This document shows positions 12,601 to 26,200 of a DNA stretch of 64,000 nucleotides, piece after piece. Positions within the stretch are counted from its first letter, which is position 1, and each line of letters begins with the position of its first letter. The DNA lies in NCBI GenBank assembly GCA_964016885.1, contig OZ024755.1:7440001-7504000 (forward strand). Reading direction: 5' to 3'. The stretch is from Eledone cirrhosa (taxonomy: Eukaryota). A program made the position numbers and the translations under genes. Below the pieces are notes generated by a model. That model was not told the DNA's origin. It made no database searches and saw only the letters and a program-made list of their open reading frames with translations.

Positions 12601-15600
12601 GATAGCCAGTACATATGCCAACCACCAAACTGGCCAGCCAGCCGTAATGGCGTTTGGTTGGTTGGTTGGGCGGTTGGTATAGGGAAAGTTCAACTACGTA
12701 GTCAGTACTAATGTTCAACATGATAGCCAGTACATATGCCAACCACCCAACCGGCCAGCCAGCCGTAATGGCGTTTGGTTGGTTGGTTGGGCGGTTGGTA
12801 TAGGGAAAGTTCAACTACATAGTCAGTACTAATGTTCAACATGATAGCCAGTACATATGCCAACCACCAAACCGGCCTGCCAGCCGTAATAGCGGTTGGT
12901 TGGCTGGTTGGTCGGTTGGTATAGGGAAGGTTCAACTACGTAGTCAGTACTAATGTTCAACATGATAGCCAGTACATATGCCAACTACCAAACCGGCCTG
13001 CCAGCCGTAATAGCGGTTGGTTGGCTGGTTGGGCGGTTGGTATAGGGAAAGTTCAACTACGTAGTCAGTACTAATGTTCAACATGATAGCCAGTACATAT
13101 GCCAACCAACCAACCGGCCTGCCAGCCGTAATAGCGGTTCGTTGGTTGGTTGGGCGGTTGGTATATGGAAAGTTCAACTACGTAGTCAGTACTAATGTTC
13201 AACATGATAGCCAGTACATATGCCAACCACCCAACCGGCCTGCCAGCCGTAATAGCGGTTCAGTTGGTTGGTTGGGCGGTTGGTATAGGGAAAGTTCAAC
13301 TACGTAGTCAGTACTAATGTTCAACATGATAGCCAGTACATATGCTAACCACCCAACCGGCCTGCCAGCCGTAATAGCGGTTCAGTTGGTTGGTTGGGCG
13401 GTTGGTATAGGGAAAGTTCAACTACGTAGTCAGTACTAATGTTCAACATGATAGCCAGTACATATGCCAACCACCCAACCGGCCTGCCAGCCGTAATAGC
13501 GGTTCAGTTGGTTGGTTGGGCGGTTGGTATATGGAAAGTTCAACTACGTAGTCAGTACTAATGTTCAACATGATAGCCAGTACATATGCTAACCACCCAA
13601 CCGGCCTGCCAGCCGTAATAGCGGTTCAGTTGGTTGGTTGGGCGGTTGGTATAGGGAAAGTTCAACTACGTAGTCAGTACTAATGTTCAACATGATAGCC
13701 AGTACATATGCCAACCACCAAACTGGCCAGCCAGCCGTAATAGCGCTTGGTTGGTTGGGCGGTTGGTATAGGGAAAGTTCAACTACGTAGTCAGTACTAA
13801 TGTTCAACATGATAGCCAGTGCATATGCCAACCACCCAACCGGCCTGCCAGCCGTAATAGCGGTTCGTTGGTTGGTTGGTTGGGCGGTTGGTATATGGAA
13901 AGTTCAACTACGTAGTCAGTACTAATGTTCAACATGATAGCCAGTGCATATGCCAACCAGCCAACCGGCCAGCCAGCCGTAATAGCGGTTGGTTGGTTGG
14001 TTGGGCGGTTGGTATAGGGAAAGTTCAACTACGTAGTCAGTACTAATGTTCAACATGATAGCCAGTACATATGCCAACCACCAAACTGGCCAGCCAGCCG
14101 TAATAGCGCTTGGTTGGTTGGGCGGTTGGTATAGGGAAAGTTCAACTACGTAGTCAGTACTAATGTTCAACATGATAGCCAGTACATATGCCAACCACCA
14201 AACCGGCCAGCCAACCGTAATGGCGGTTGGTTGGCTGGACGGGCCTTTGGTATAGGGAATGTTCAACTACGTAGTCAGTACTAATGTTCAACATGATAGC
14301 CAGTACATATCCCAACCACCAAACCGGCCAGCCAGCCGTAATGGCGGTTGGTTGGCTGGACGGGCGGTTGGTATAGGGAATGTTCAACTACGTAGTCAGT
14401 ACTAATGTTCAACATGATAGCCAGTACATATGCCAACCACCAAACCGGCCAGCCAACCGTAATGGCGGTTGGTTGGCTGGACGGGCGGTTGGTATAGGGA
14501 ATGTTCAACTACGTAGTCAGTACTAATGTTCAACATGATAGCCAGTACATATGCCAACCACCAAACCTGCCAGCCAGCCGTAATAGCGGATGGCTGGTTG
14601 CTTGGGCGGTTGGTATAGGGAAAGTTCAACTACGTAGTCAGTACTAATGTTCAACTACGTAGTCAGTACTAATGTTCAACATGATAGCCAGTACATATGC
14701 CAACCACCAAACCTGCCAGCCAGCCGTAATAGCGGATGGCTGGTTGCTTGGGCGGTTGGTATAGGGAAAGTTCAATTACGTAGTCAGTACTAATGTTCAA
14801 CATGATAGCCAGTACATATGCCAACCACCAAACCTGCCAGCCAGCCGTAATAGCGAATGGCTGGTTGCTTGGGCGGTTGGTATAGGGAAAGTTCAACTAC
14901 GTAGTCAGTACTAATGTTCAACATGATAGCCAGTACATAAGCCAACCACCAAACCTGCCAGCCAGCCGTAATAGCGGTTGGCTGGTTGCTTGGGCGGTTG
15001 GTATAGGGAAAGTTCAACTACGTAGTCAGTACTAATGTTCAACCTGATAGCCAGTACATATGCCAACCAACCAACCGGCCTGCCAGCCGTAATAGCGGTT
15101 GGTTGGTTGGTTGGGTGGTTGGTATAGGGAAAGTTCAACTACGTAGTCAGTACTAATGTTCAACATGATAGCCAGTACAATAGCCAACCACCAAACTGGC
15201 CAGCCAGCCGTAATAGCGGTTGGTTGGTTGGTTGGGCGGTTGGTATAGGGAACGTTGAACTACGTAGTCAGTACTAATGTTCAACATGATAGCCAGTACA
15301 ATAGCCAACCACCAAACTGGCCAGCCAGCCGTAATGGCGGTTGGTTGGTTGGTTGGGCGGTTGGTATAGGGAAAGTTCAACTACGTAGTTAGTACTAATG
15401 TTCAACATGATAGCCAGTACATATGCCAACCACCAAACCGGCCAGCCAGCCGTAATGGCGGTTGGTTGGTTGGTTGGGCGGTTGGTATAGGGAATGTTCA
15501 ACTACGTAGTCAGTACTAATGTTCAACATGATAGCCAGTACAATAGCCAACCACCAAACTGGCCAGCCAGCCGTAATGGCGGTTGGTTGGTTGGTTGGGC

Positions 15601-16463
15601 GGTTGGTATAGGGAAAGTTCAACTACGTAGTCAGTACTAATGTTCAACATGATAGCCAGTACATATGCCAACCACCCAACCGGCCAGCCAGCCGTAATAG
15701 CGGTTGGTTGGGCGGCTGGTATAGGGAAAGTTCAACTACGTAGTCAGTACTAATGTTCAACATGATAGCCAGTACATATGCCAACCACCCAACCGGCCAG
15801 CCAGCCGTAATAGCGGTTGGTTGGGCGGTTGTTATAGGGAAAGTTCAACTACGTAGTCAGTACTAATGTTCAACATGATAGCCAGTACATTATGCCAACC
15901 ATCCAACCGGCCAGCCAGCCGTAATAGAGTTTGGATGGCTGGTTGGGCGGTTGGTATAGGGAAAGTTCAACTACGTATTCAGTACTAATGTTCAACATGA
16001 TAGCCAGTACATGTGCCAACCACCCAACCGGCCAGCCAGCCGTAATAGCGGATGGCTGGTTGGGCGGTTGGTATAGGGAAAGTTCAACTACGTAGTCAGT
16101 ACTAATGTTCAACATGATAGCCAGTACATTATGCCAACCATCCAACCGGCCAGCCAGCCGTAATAGAGTTTGGATGGTAGGTTGGGCGGTTGGTATAGGG
16201 AAAGTTCAACTACGTAGTCAGTACTAATGTTCAACATGATAGCCAGTACATATGCCACCCACCAAACCAGCCAGCTAGCCGTAATGGAGTTTGGTTGGTT
16301 GGTTGGGCGGTTGGTATAGGGAAAGTTCAACTACGTAGTCAGTACTAATGTTCAACATGATAGCCAGTACATATGCCAACCACCAAACCGGCCAGCCAGC
16401 CGTAATAGCGGATGGCTGGTTGGGCGGTTGGTATAGGGAAAGTTCAACTACGTAGTCAGTACT
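3627..16463. repeat. 121-bp satellite array 1 (~106 monomers)
   Basis: Consensus GTTCAACTACGTAGTCAGTACTAATGTTCAACATGATAGCCAGTACATATGCCAACCACCCAACCGGCCAGCCAGCCGTAATAGCGGTTGGTTGGTTGGTTGGGCGGTTGGTATAGGGAAA; ORF track repeats every 121 bp. Confidence 0.98.
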
Positions 16464-16560
16464 CTTTAACCCTCTCACTCTTGTTGTTCTCCTTCTCTCT
16501 CTAATATTTACCCTTCCCCCTTCTCTCTATATGTACTGTTTTCACTCTCTTTCACACACG

Positions 16561-16616
<56 letters not shown>

Positions 16617-17274
16617 GATATATAGGTATATATCAACGTATATAATCACAAACATATACAGAAATATACAGACATATAAAACGTTTGAAATGGTGGCAAC
16701 ATTCCCCCAATATCAATAGCTCTTGATTACAATATGCTAAACATAGCAGATTAACCTCCCAACAACCGCAGAACATGCTAGAAATAGCAGCTAAAGTATT
16801 CCTCAAATTACACATCCGATGCCATGTTAAATGCTAGAAACAGCAGAAAAATAACGTCTTCTAGTGACATTTTAAATAACAACGAAATTTCCTTCAAGTT
16901 ATAACGGTAATGGTGTTAGAAACTGCTAGAAAAAGCAGCCAAATCTACGCGTAAACATATAAACTGCTAGTTAAAATTCCCCATAAATATATAGATTTTA
17001 ATATAAATTCGAGAATCGTAATCTACATATTTTAATACGTATCTCTACAAAATTTCAATTAAAAAGATGCAATATTAAGAAAGTTATTAAAGAAACAATA
17101 TAGGAGGGGGGGGGGGGGATTTGATAACATAAAAAGTTACGGTCAATGGGAAATAACTCACAAAAAAATATTTGAACGATTTACTTGCCCTTGAAAACGC
17201 TAAAACCTACCGCCTAACCGGCCAGCCAGTGGTAATGGCGGATAGCTGGCCGGTTAGGCGGTAGGTTAGGGAAG
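16460..17274. repeat. Satellite head module copy 2
   Basis: Direct repeat of 2813-3626 (ORFs 2988..3170 vs 16633..16815; 3559..3753 vs 17207..17401). Confidence 0.92.
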
Positions 17275-20200
17275 GTTCAACTACGTAGTCAGTACTAATG
17301 TTCAACATGATAGCCAGTACATATGCCAACCACCCAACCGGCCAGCCAGCCGTAATAGCGGTTGGTTGGTTGGTTGGGCGGTTGGTATAGGGAAAGTTCA
17401 ACTACGTAGTCAGTACTAATGTTCAACATGATAGCCAGTACATATGCCAACCACCAAACCGGCCAGCCAGCCGTAATAGCGGTTGGTTGGCTGGTTGGTC
17501 GGTTGGTATAGGGAAGGTTCAACTACGTAGTCAGTACTAATGTTCAACATGATAGCCAGTACATATGCCAACCACCCAACCGGCCAGCCAGCCGTAATAG
17601 CGGTTGGTTGGTGGGTTGGGCGGTTGGTATAGGGAAAGTTCAACTACGTAGTCAGTACTAATGTTCAACATGATAGCCAGTACATATGCCAACCACCAAA
17701 CCGGCCAGCCAGCCGTAATAGCGGTTGGTTGGTGGGTTGGGCGGTTGGTATAGGGAAAGTTCAACTACGTAGTCAGTACTAATGTTCAACATGATAGCCA
17801 GTACATATGCCAACCACCCAACCGGCCAGCCAGCCGGTATGTATAGGGAAAGTTCAACTACGTAGTCAGTACTAATGTTCAACATGATAGCCAGTACATA
17901 TGCCACCCACCAAACCGGCCTGCCAGCCGTAATAGGGGTTGGTTGGCGGGTTGGTCGGTTGGTATAGGGAAGGTTCAACTACGTAGTCAGTACTAATGTT
18001 CAACATGATAGCCAGTACATATGCCAACCACCCAACCGGCCAGCCAGCCGTAATAGCGGTTGGTTGGTTGGTTAGGCGGTTGGTATAGGGAAAGTTCAAC
18101 TACGTAGTCAGTACTAATGTTCAACATGATAGCCAGTACATATGCCAACCACCCAACCGGCCAGCCAGCCGTAATAGCGGTTGGTTGGTTGGTTGGGCGG
18201 TTGGTATAGGGAAAGTTCAACTACGTAGTCAGTACTAATGTTCAACATGATAGCCAGTACATATGCCAACCACCAAACCGGCCAGCCAGCCGTAATAGCG
18301 GTTGGTTGGCTGGTTGGTCGGTTGGTATAGGGAAGGTTCAACTACGTAGTCAGTACTAATGTTCAACATGATAGCCAGTACATATGCCAACCAACCAACC
18401 GGCCTGCCAGCCGTAATAGCGGTTGGTTGGTTGGTTGGGCGGTTGGTATAGGGAAAGTTCAACTACGTAGTCAGTACTAATGTTCAACATGATAGCCAGT
18501 ACATATGCCAACCACCAAACCGGCCAGCCAGCCGTAATAGCGGTTGGTTGGTGGGTTGGGCGGTTGGTATAGGGAAAGTTCAACTACGTAGTCAGTACTA
18601 ATGTTCAACATGATAGCCAGTACATATGCCAACCACCAAACCGGCCAGCCAGCCGTAATAGCGGTTGGTTGGCTGGTTGGTCGGTTGGTATAGGGAAGGT
18701 TCAACTACGTAGTCAGTACTAATGTTCAACATGATAGCCAGTACATATGCCAACCACCCAACCGGCCAGCCAGCCGTAATAGCGGTTGGTTGGTGGGTTG
18801 GGCGGTTGGTATAGGGAAAGTTCAACTACGTAGTCAGTACTAATGTTCAACATGATAGCCAGTACATATGCCAACCACCAAACCGGCCAGCCAGCCGTAA
18901 TAGCGGTTGGTTGGTGGGTTGGGCGGTTGGTATAGGGAAAGTTCAACTACGTAGTCAGTACTAATGTTCAACATGATAGCCAGTACATATGCCAACCACC
19001 CAACCGGCCAGCCAGCCGTAATAGCGGTTGGTTGGTGGGTTGGGCGGTTGGTATAGGGAAAGTTCAACTACGTAGTCAGTACTAATGTTCAACATGATAG
19101 CCAGTACATATGCCACCCACCAAACCGGCCTGCCAGCCGTAATAGCGGTTGGTTGGCGGGTTGGTCGGTTGGTATAGGGAAGGTTCAACTACGTAGTCAG
19201 TACTAATGTTCAACATGATAGCCAGTACATATGCCAACCACCCAACCGGCCAGCCAGCCGTAATAGCGGTTGGTTGGTTGGTTAGGCGGTTGGTATAGGG
19301 AAAGTTCAACTACGTAGTCAGTACTAATGTTCAACATGATAGCCAGTACATATGCCAACCACCCAACCGGCCAGCCAGCCGTAATAGCGGTTGGTTGGTT
19401 GGTTGGGCGGTTGGTATAGGGAAAGTTCAACTACGTAGTCAGTACTAATGTTCAACATGATAGCCAGTACATATGCCAACCACCAAACCGGCCAGCCAGC
19501 CGTAATAGCGGTTGGTTGGCTGGTTGGTCGGTTGGTATAGGGAAGGTTCAACTACGTAGTCAGTACTAATGTTCAACATGATAGCCAGTACATATGCCAA
19601 CCAACCAACCGGCCTGCCAGCCGTAATAGCGGTTGGTTGGTTGGTTGGGCGGTTGGTATAGGGAAAGTTCAACTACGTAGTCAGTACTAATGTTCAACAT
19701 GATAGCCAGTACATATGCCAACCACCCAACCGGCCAGCCAGCCGTAATAGCGGTTGGTTGGTTGGTTAGGCGGTTGGTATAGGGAAAGTTCAACTACGTA
19801 GTCAGTACTAATGTTCAACATGATAGCCAGTACATATGCCAACCACCCAACCGGCCAGCCAGCCGTAATAGCGGTTGGTTGGTTGGTTGGGCGGTTGGTA
19901 TAGGGAAAGTTCAACTACGTAGTCAGTACTAATGTTCAACATGATAGCCAGTACATATGCCAACCACCAAACCGGCCAGCCAGCCGTAATAGCGGTTGGT
20001 TGGCTGGTTGGTCGGTTGGTATAGGGAAGGTTCAACTACGTAGTCAGTACTAATGTTCAACATGATAGCCAGTACATATGCCAACCACCCAACCGGCCAG
20101 CCAGCCGTAATAGCGGTTGGTTGGTGGGTTGGGCGGTTGGTATAGGGAAAGTTCAACTACGTAGTCAGTACTAATGTTCAACATGATAGCCAGTACATAT

Positions 20201-23200
20201 GCCAACCACCAAACCGGCCAGCCAGCCGTAATAGCGGTTGGTTGGTGGGTTGGGCGGTTGGTATAGGGAAAGTTCAACTACGTAGTCAGTACTAATGTTC
20301 AACATGATAGCCAGTACATATGCCAACCACCCAACCGGCCAGCCAGCCGTAATAGCGGTTGGTTGGTTGGTTGGGCGGTTGGTATAGGGAAAGTTCAACT
20401 ACGTAGTCAGTACTAATGTTCAACATGATAGCCAGTACATATGCCAACCACCAAACCGGCCAGCCAGCCGTAATAGCGGTTGGTTGGCTGGTTGGTCGGT
20501 TGGTATAGGGAAGGTTCAACTACGTAGTCAGTACTAATGTTCAATATGATAGCCAGTACATATGCCAACCAACCAACCGGCCTGCCAGCCGTAATAGCGG
20601 TTGGTTGGTTGGTTGGGCGGTTGGTATAGGGAAAGTTCAACTACGTAGTCAGTACTAATGTTCAACATGATAGCCAGTACATATGCCAACCACCAAACCG
20701 GCCAGCCAGCCGTAATAGCGGTTGGTTGGTGGGTTGGGCGGTTGGTATAGGGAAAGTTCAACTACGTAGTCAGTACTAATGTTCAACATGATAGCCAGTA
20801 CATATGCCAACCACCAAACCGGCCAGCCAGCCGTAATAGCGGTTGGTTGGCTGGTTGGTCGGTTGGTATAGGGAAGGTTCAACTACGTAGTCAGTACTAA
20901 TGTTCAACATGATAGCCAGTACATATGCCAACCACCCAACCGGCCAGCCAGCCGTAATAGCGGTTGGTTGGTGGGTTGGGCGGTTGGTATAGGGAAAGTT
21001 CAACTACGTAGTCAGTACTAATGTTCAACATGATAGCCAGTACATATGCCAAGCACCAAACCGGCCAGCCAGCCGTAATAGCGGTTGGTTGGTGGGTTGG
21101 GCGGTTGGTATAGGGAAAGTTCAACTACGTAGTCAGTACTAATGTTCAACATGATAGCCAGTACATATGCCAACCACCCAACCGGCCAGCCAGCCGTAAT
21201 AGCGGTTGGTTGGTGGGTTGGGCGGTTGGTATAGGGAAAGTTCAACTACGTAGTCAGTACTAATGTTCAACATGATAGCCAGTACATATGCCACCCACCA
21301 AACCGGCCTGCCAGCCGTAATAGCGGTTGGTTGGCGGGTTGGTCGGTTGGTATAGGGAAGGTTCAACTACGTAGTCAGTACTAATGTTCAACATGATAGC
21401 CAGTACATATGCCAACCACCCAACCGGCCAGCCAGCCGTAATAGCGGTTGGTTGGTTGGTTAGGCGGTTGGTATAGGGAAAGTTCAACTACGTAGTCAGT
21501 ACTAATGTTCAACATGATAGCCAGTACATATGCCAACCACCCAACCGGCCAGCCAGCCGTAATAGCGGTTGGTTGGTTGGTTGGGCGGTTGGTATAGGGA
21601 AAGTTCAACTACGTAGTCAGTACTAATGTTCAACATGATAGCCAGTACATATGCCAACCACCAAACCGGCCAGCCAGCCGTAATAGCGGTTGGTTGGCTG
21701 GTTGGTCGGTTGGTATAGGGAAGGTTCAACTACGTAGTCAGTACTAATGTTCAACATGATAGCCAGTACATATGCCAACCAACCAACCGGCCTGCCAGCC
21801 GTAATAGCGGTTGGTTGGTTGGTTGGGCGGTTGGTATAGGGAAAGTTCAACTACGTAGTCAGTACTAATGTTCAACATGATAGCCAGTACATATGCCAAC
21901 CACCCAACCGGCCAGCCAGCCGTAATAGCGGTTGGTTGGTTGGTTAGGCGGTTGGTATAGGGAAAGTTCAACTACGTAGTCAGTACTAATGTTCAACATG
22001 ATAGCCAGTACATATGCCAACCACCCAACCGGCCAGCCAGCCGTAATAGCGGTTGGTTGGTTGGTTGGGCGGTTGGTATAGGGAAAGTTCAACTACGTAG
22101 TCAGTACTAATGTTCAACATGATAGCCAGTACATATGCCAACCACCCAACCGGCCAGCCAGCCGTAATAGCGGTTGGTTGGTGGGTTGGGCGGTTGGTAT
22201 AGGGAAAGTTCAACTACGTAGTCAGTACTAATGTTCAACATGATAGCCAGTACATATGCCACCCACCAAACCGGCCTGCCAGCCGTAATAGCGGTTGGTT
22301 GGCGGGTTGGTCGGTTGGTATAGGGAAGGTTCAACTACGTAGTCAGTACTAATGTTCAACATGATAGCCAGTACATATGCCAACCACCCAACCGGCCAGC
22401 CAGCCGTAATAGCGGTTGGTTGGTTGGTTAGGCGGTTGGTATAGGGAAAGTTCAACTACGTAGTCAGTACTAATGTTCAACATGATAGCCAGTACATATG
22501 CCAACCACCCAACCGGCCAGCCAGCCGTAATAGCGGTTGGTTGGTTGGTTGGGCGGTTGGTATAGGGAAAGTTCAACTACGTAGTCAGTACTAATGTTCA
22601 ACATGATAGCCAGTACATATGCCAACCACCAAACCGGCCAGCCAGCCGTAATAGCGGTTGGTTGGCTGGTTGGTCGGTTGGTATAGGGAAGGTTCAACTA
22701 CGTAGTCAGTACTAATGTTCAACATGATAGCCAGTACATATGCCAACCAACCAACCGGCCTGCCAGCCGTAATAGCGGTTGGTTGGTTGGTTGGGCGGTT
22801 GGTATAGGGAAAGTTCAACTACGTAGTCAGTACTAATGTTCAACATGATAGCCAGTACATATGCCAACCACCCAACCGGCCAGCCAGCCGTAATAGCGGT
22901 TGGTTGGTTGGTTAGGCGGTTGGTATAGGGAAAGTTCAACTACGTAGTCAGTACTAATGTTCAACATGATAGCCAGTACATATGCCAACCACCCAACCGG
23001 CCAGCCAGCCGTAATAGCGGTTGGTTGGTTGGTTGGGCGGTTGGTATAGGGAAAGTTCAACTACGTAGTCAGTACTAATGTTCAACATGATAGCCAGTAC
23101 ATATGCCAACCACCAAACCGGCCAGCCAGCCGTAATAGCGGTTGGTTGGCTGGTTGGTCGGTTGGTATAGGGAAGGTTCAACTACGTAGTCAGTACTAAT

Positions 23201-26200
23201 GTTCAACATGATAGCCAGTACATATGCCAACCAACCAACCGGCCTGCCAGCCGTAATAGCGGTTGGTTGGTTGGTTGGGCGGTTGGTATAGGGAAAGTTC
23301 AACTACGTAGTCAGTACTAATGTTCAACATGATAGCCAGTACATATGCCAACCACCAAACCGGCCAGCCAGCCGTAATAGCGGTTGGTTGGTGGGTTGGG
23401 CGGTTGGTATAGGGAAAGTTCAACTACGTAGTCAGTACTAATGTTCAACATGATAGCCAGTACATATGCCAACCACCAAACCGGCCAGCCAGCCGTAATA
23501 GCGGTTGGTTGGCTGGTTGGTCGGTTGGTATAGGGAAGGTTCAACTACGTAGTCAGTACTAATGTTCAACATGATAGCCAGTACATATGCCAACCACCCA
23601 ACCGGCCAGCCAGCCGTAATAGCGGTTGGTTGGTGGGTTGGGCGGTTGGTATAGGGAAAGTTCAACTACGTAGTCAGTACTAATGTTCAACATGATAGCC
23701 AGTACATATGCCAACCACCAAACCGGCCAGCCAGCCGTAATAGCGGTTGGTTGGTGGGTTGGGCGGTTGGTATAGGGAAAGTTCAACTACGTAGTCAGTA
23801 CTAATGTTCAACATGATAGCCAGTACATATGCCAACCACCCAACCGGCCAGCCAGCCGTAATAGCGGTTGGTTGGTGGGTTGGGCGGTTGGTATAGGGAA
23901 AGTTCAACTACGTAGTCAGTACTAATGTTCAACATGATAGCCAGTACATATGCCACCCACCAAACCGGCCTGCCAGCCGTAATAGCGGTTGGTTGGCGGG
24001 TTGGTCGGTTGGTATAGGGAAGGTTCAACTACGTAGTCAGTACTAATGTTCAACATGATAGCCAGTACATATGCCAACCAACCAACCGGCCTGCCAGCCG
24101 TAATAGCGGTTGGTTGGTTGGTTGGGCGGTTGGTATAGGGAAAGTTCAACTACGTAGTCAGTACTAATGTTCAACATGATAGCCAGTACATATGCCAACC
24201 ACCAAACCGGCCTGCCAGCCGTAATAGCGGTTGGTTGGCGGGTTGGTCGGTTGGTATAGGGAAGGTTCAACTACGTAGTCAGTACTAATGTTCAACATGA
24301 TAGCCAGTACATATGCCAACCACCCAACCGGCCAGCCAGCCGTAATAGCGGTTGGTTGGTTGGTTGGGCGGTTGGTATAGGGAAAGTTCAACTACGTAGT
24401 CAGTACTAATGTTCAACATGATAGCCAGTACATATGCCAACCACCCAACCGGCCAGCCAGCCGTAATAGCGGTTGGTTGGTTGGTTGGGTGGTTGGTATA
24501 GGGAAAGTTCAACTACGTAGTCAGTACTAATGTTCAACCTGATAGCCAGTACATATGCCAACCACCCAACCGGCCAGCCAGCCGTAATAGCGGTTGGTTG
24601 GTTGGTTGGTTGGTTGGTTGGGCGGTTGGTATAGGGAAAGTTCAACTACGTAGTCGGTACTAATGTTCAACATGATAGCCAATACATACGCCAACCACCC
24701 AACCGGCCTGCCAGCCGTAATAGCGGTTCGTTGGTTGGTTGGTTGGGCGGTTGGTATATGGAAAGTTCAACTACGTAGTCAGTACTAATGTTCAACATGA
24801 TAGCCAGTGCATATGCCAACCACCCAACCGGCCAGCCAGCCGTAATAGCGGTTGGTTGGTTGGTTGGGCGGTTGGTATAGGGAAAGTTCAACTACGTAGT
24901 GAGTATTAATGTTCAACATGATAGCCAGTACATATGCCAACCACCAAACCGACCAGCCAGCCGTAATAGCGGTTGGTTGGTTGGTTGGGCGGTTGGTATA
25001 GGGAACGTTCAACTACGTAATCAGTACTAATGTTCAACATGATAGCCAGTACATACGCCAACCAACCAACCGGCCAGCCAGTCGTAATAGCGGTGCATTG
25101 GTTGGTTGGGTGGTTGGTATAGGGAAAGTTCAAGTACGTAGTCAGTACTAATGTTCAACATGATAGCCAATACATACGCCAACCACCCAACCGGCCTGCC
25201 AGCCGTAATAGCGGTTCGTTGGTTGGTTGGTTGGGCGGTTGGTATATGGAAAGTTCAACTACGTAGTCAGTACTAATGTTCAACATGATAGCCAGTGCAT
25301 ATGCCAACCACCCAACCGGCCAGCCAGCCGTAATAGCGGTTGGTTGGTTGGTTGGGCGGTTGGTATAGGGAAAGTTCAACTACGTAGTGAGTATTAATGT
25401 TCAACATGATAGCCAGTACATATGCCAACCACCAAAGCAACCAGCCAGCCGTAATAGCGGTTGGTTGGTTGGTTGGGCGGTTGGTATAGGGAACGTTCAA
25501 CTACGTAATCAGTACTAATGTTCAACATGATAGCCAGTACATACGCCAACCAACCAACCGGCCAGCCAGTCGTAATAGCGGTGCATTGGTTGGTTGGGTG
25601 GTTGGTATAGGGAAAGTTCAAGTACGTAGTCAGTACTAATGTTCAACATGATAGCCAATACATACGCCAACCAACCAACCGGCCAGCCAGTCGTAATAGC
25701 GGTTGGTTGGTTGGTTGGGCGGTTGGTATAGGGAAAGTTCAACTACGTAATCAGTACTAATGTTCAACATGATAGCCAGTACATACGCCAACCAACCAAC
25801 CGGCCAGCCAGTCGTAATAGCGGTTGGTTGGTTGGTTGGGCGGTTGGTATAGGGAAAGTTCAACTACGTAATCAGTACTAATGTTCAACATGATAGCCAG
25901 TACATACGCCAACCAACCAACCGGCCAGCCAGCCGTAATAGCGGTTGGTTGGTTGGTTGGGCGGTTGGTATAGGGAAAGTTCAACTACGTAATCAGTACT
26001 AATGTTCAACATGATAGCCAGTACATATGCCAACCACCAAACTGGCCAGCCAGGCTTAATAGCGGTTGGTTGGTTGGTTGGGCGGTTGGTATAGGGAAAG
26101 TTCAACTACGTAGTCAGTACTAATGTTCAACATGATAGCCGCTACATATGCCAACCCTCCAACCGTCCAGCCAGTCGTAATGGCGGTTGGTTGGTTGGGC

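Noticed and set aside
7748-15138. 7042-bp offset in array 1 equal to a 7042-bp spacing in array 2
   Set aside because: Different variant sets are involved; likely coincidence among near-multiples of 121
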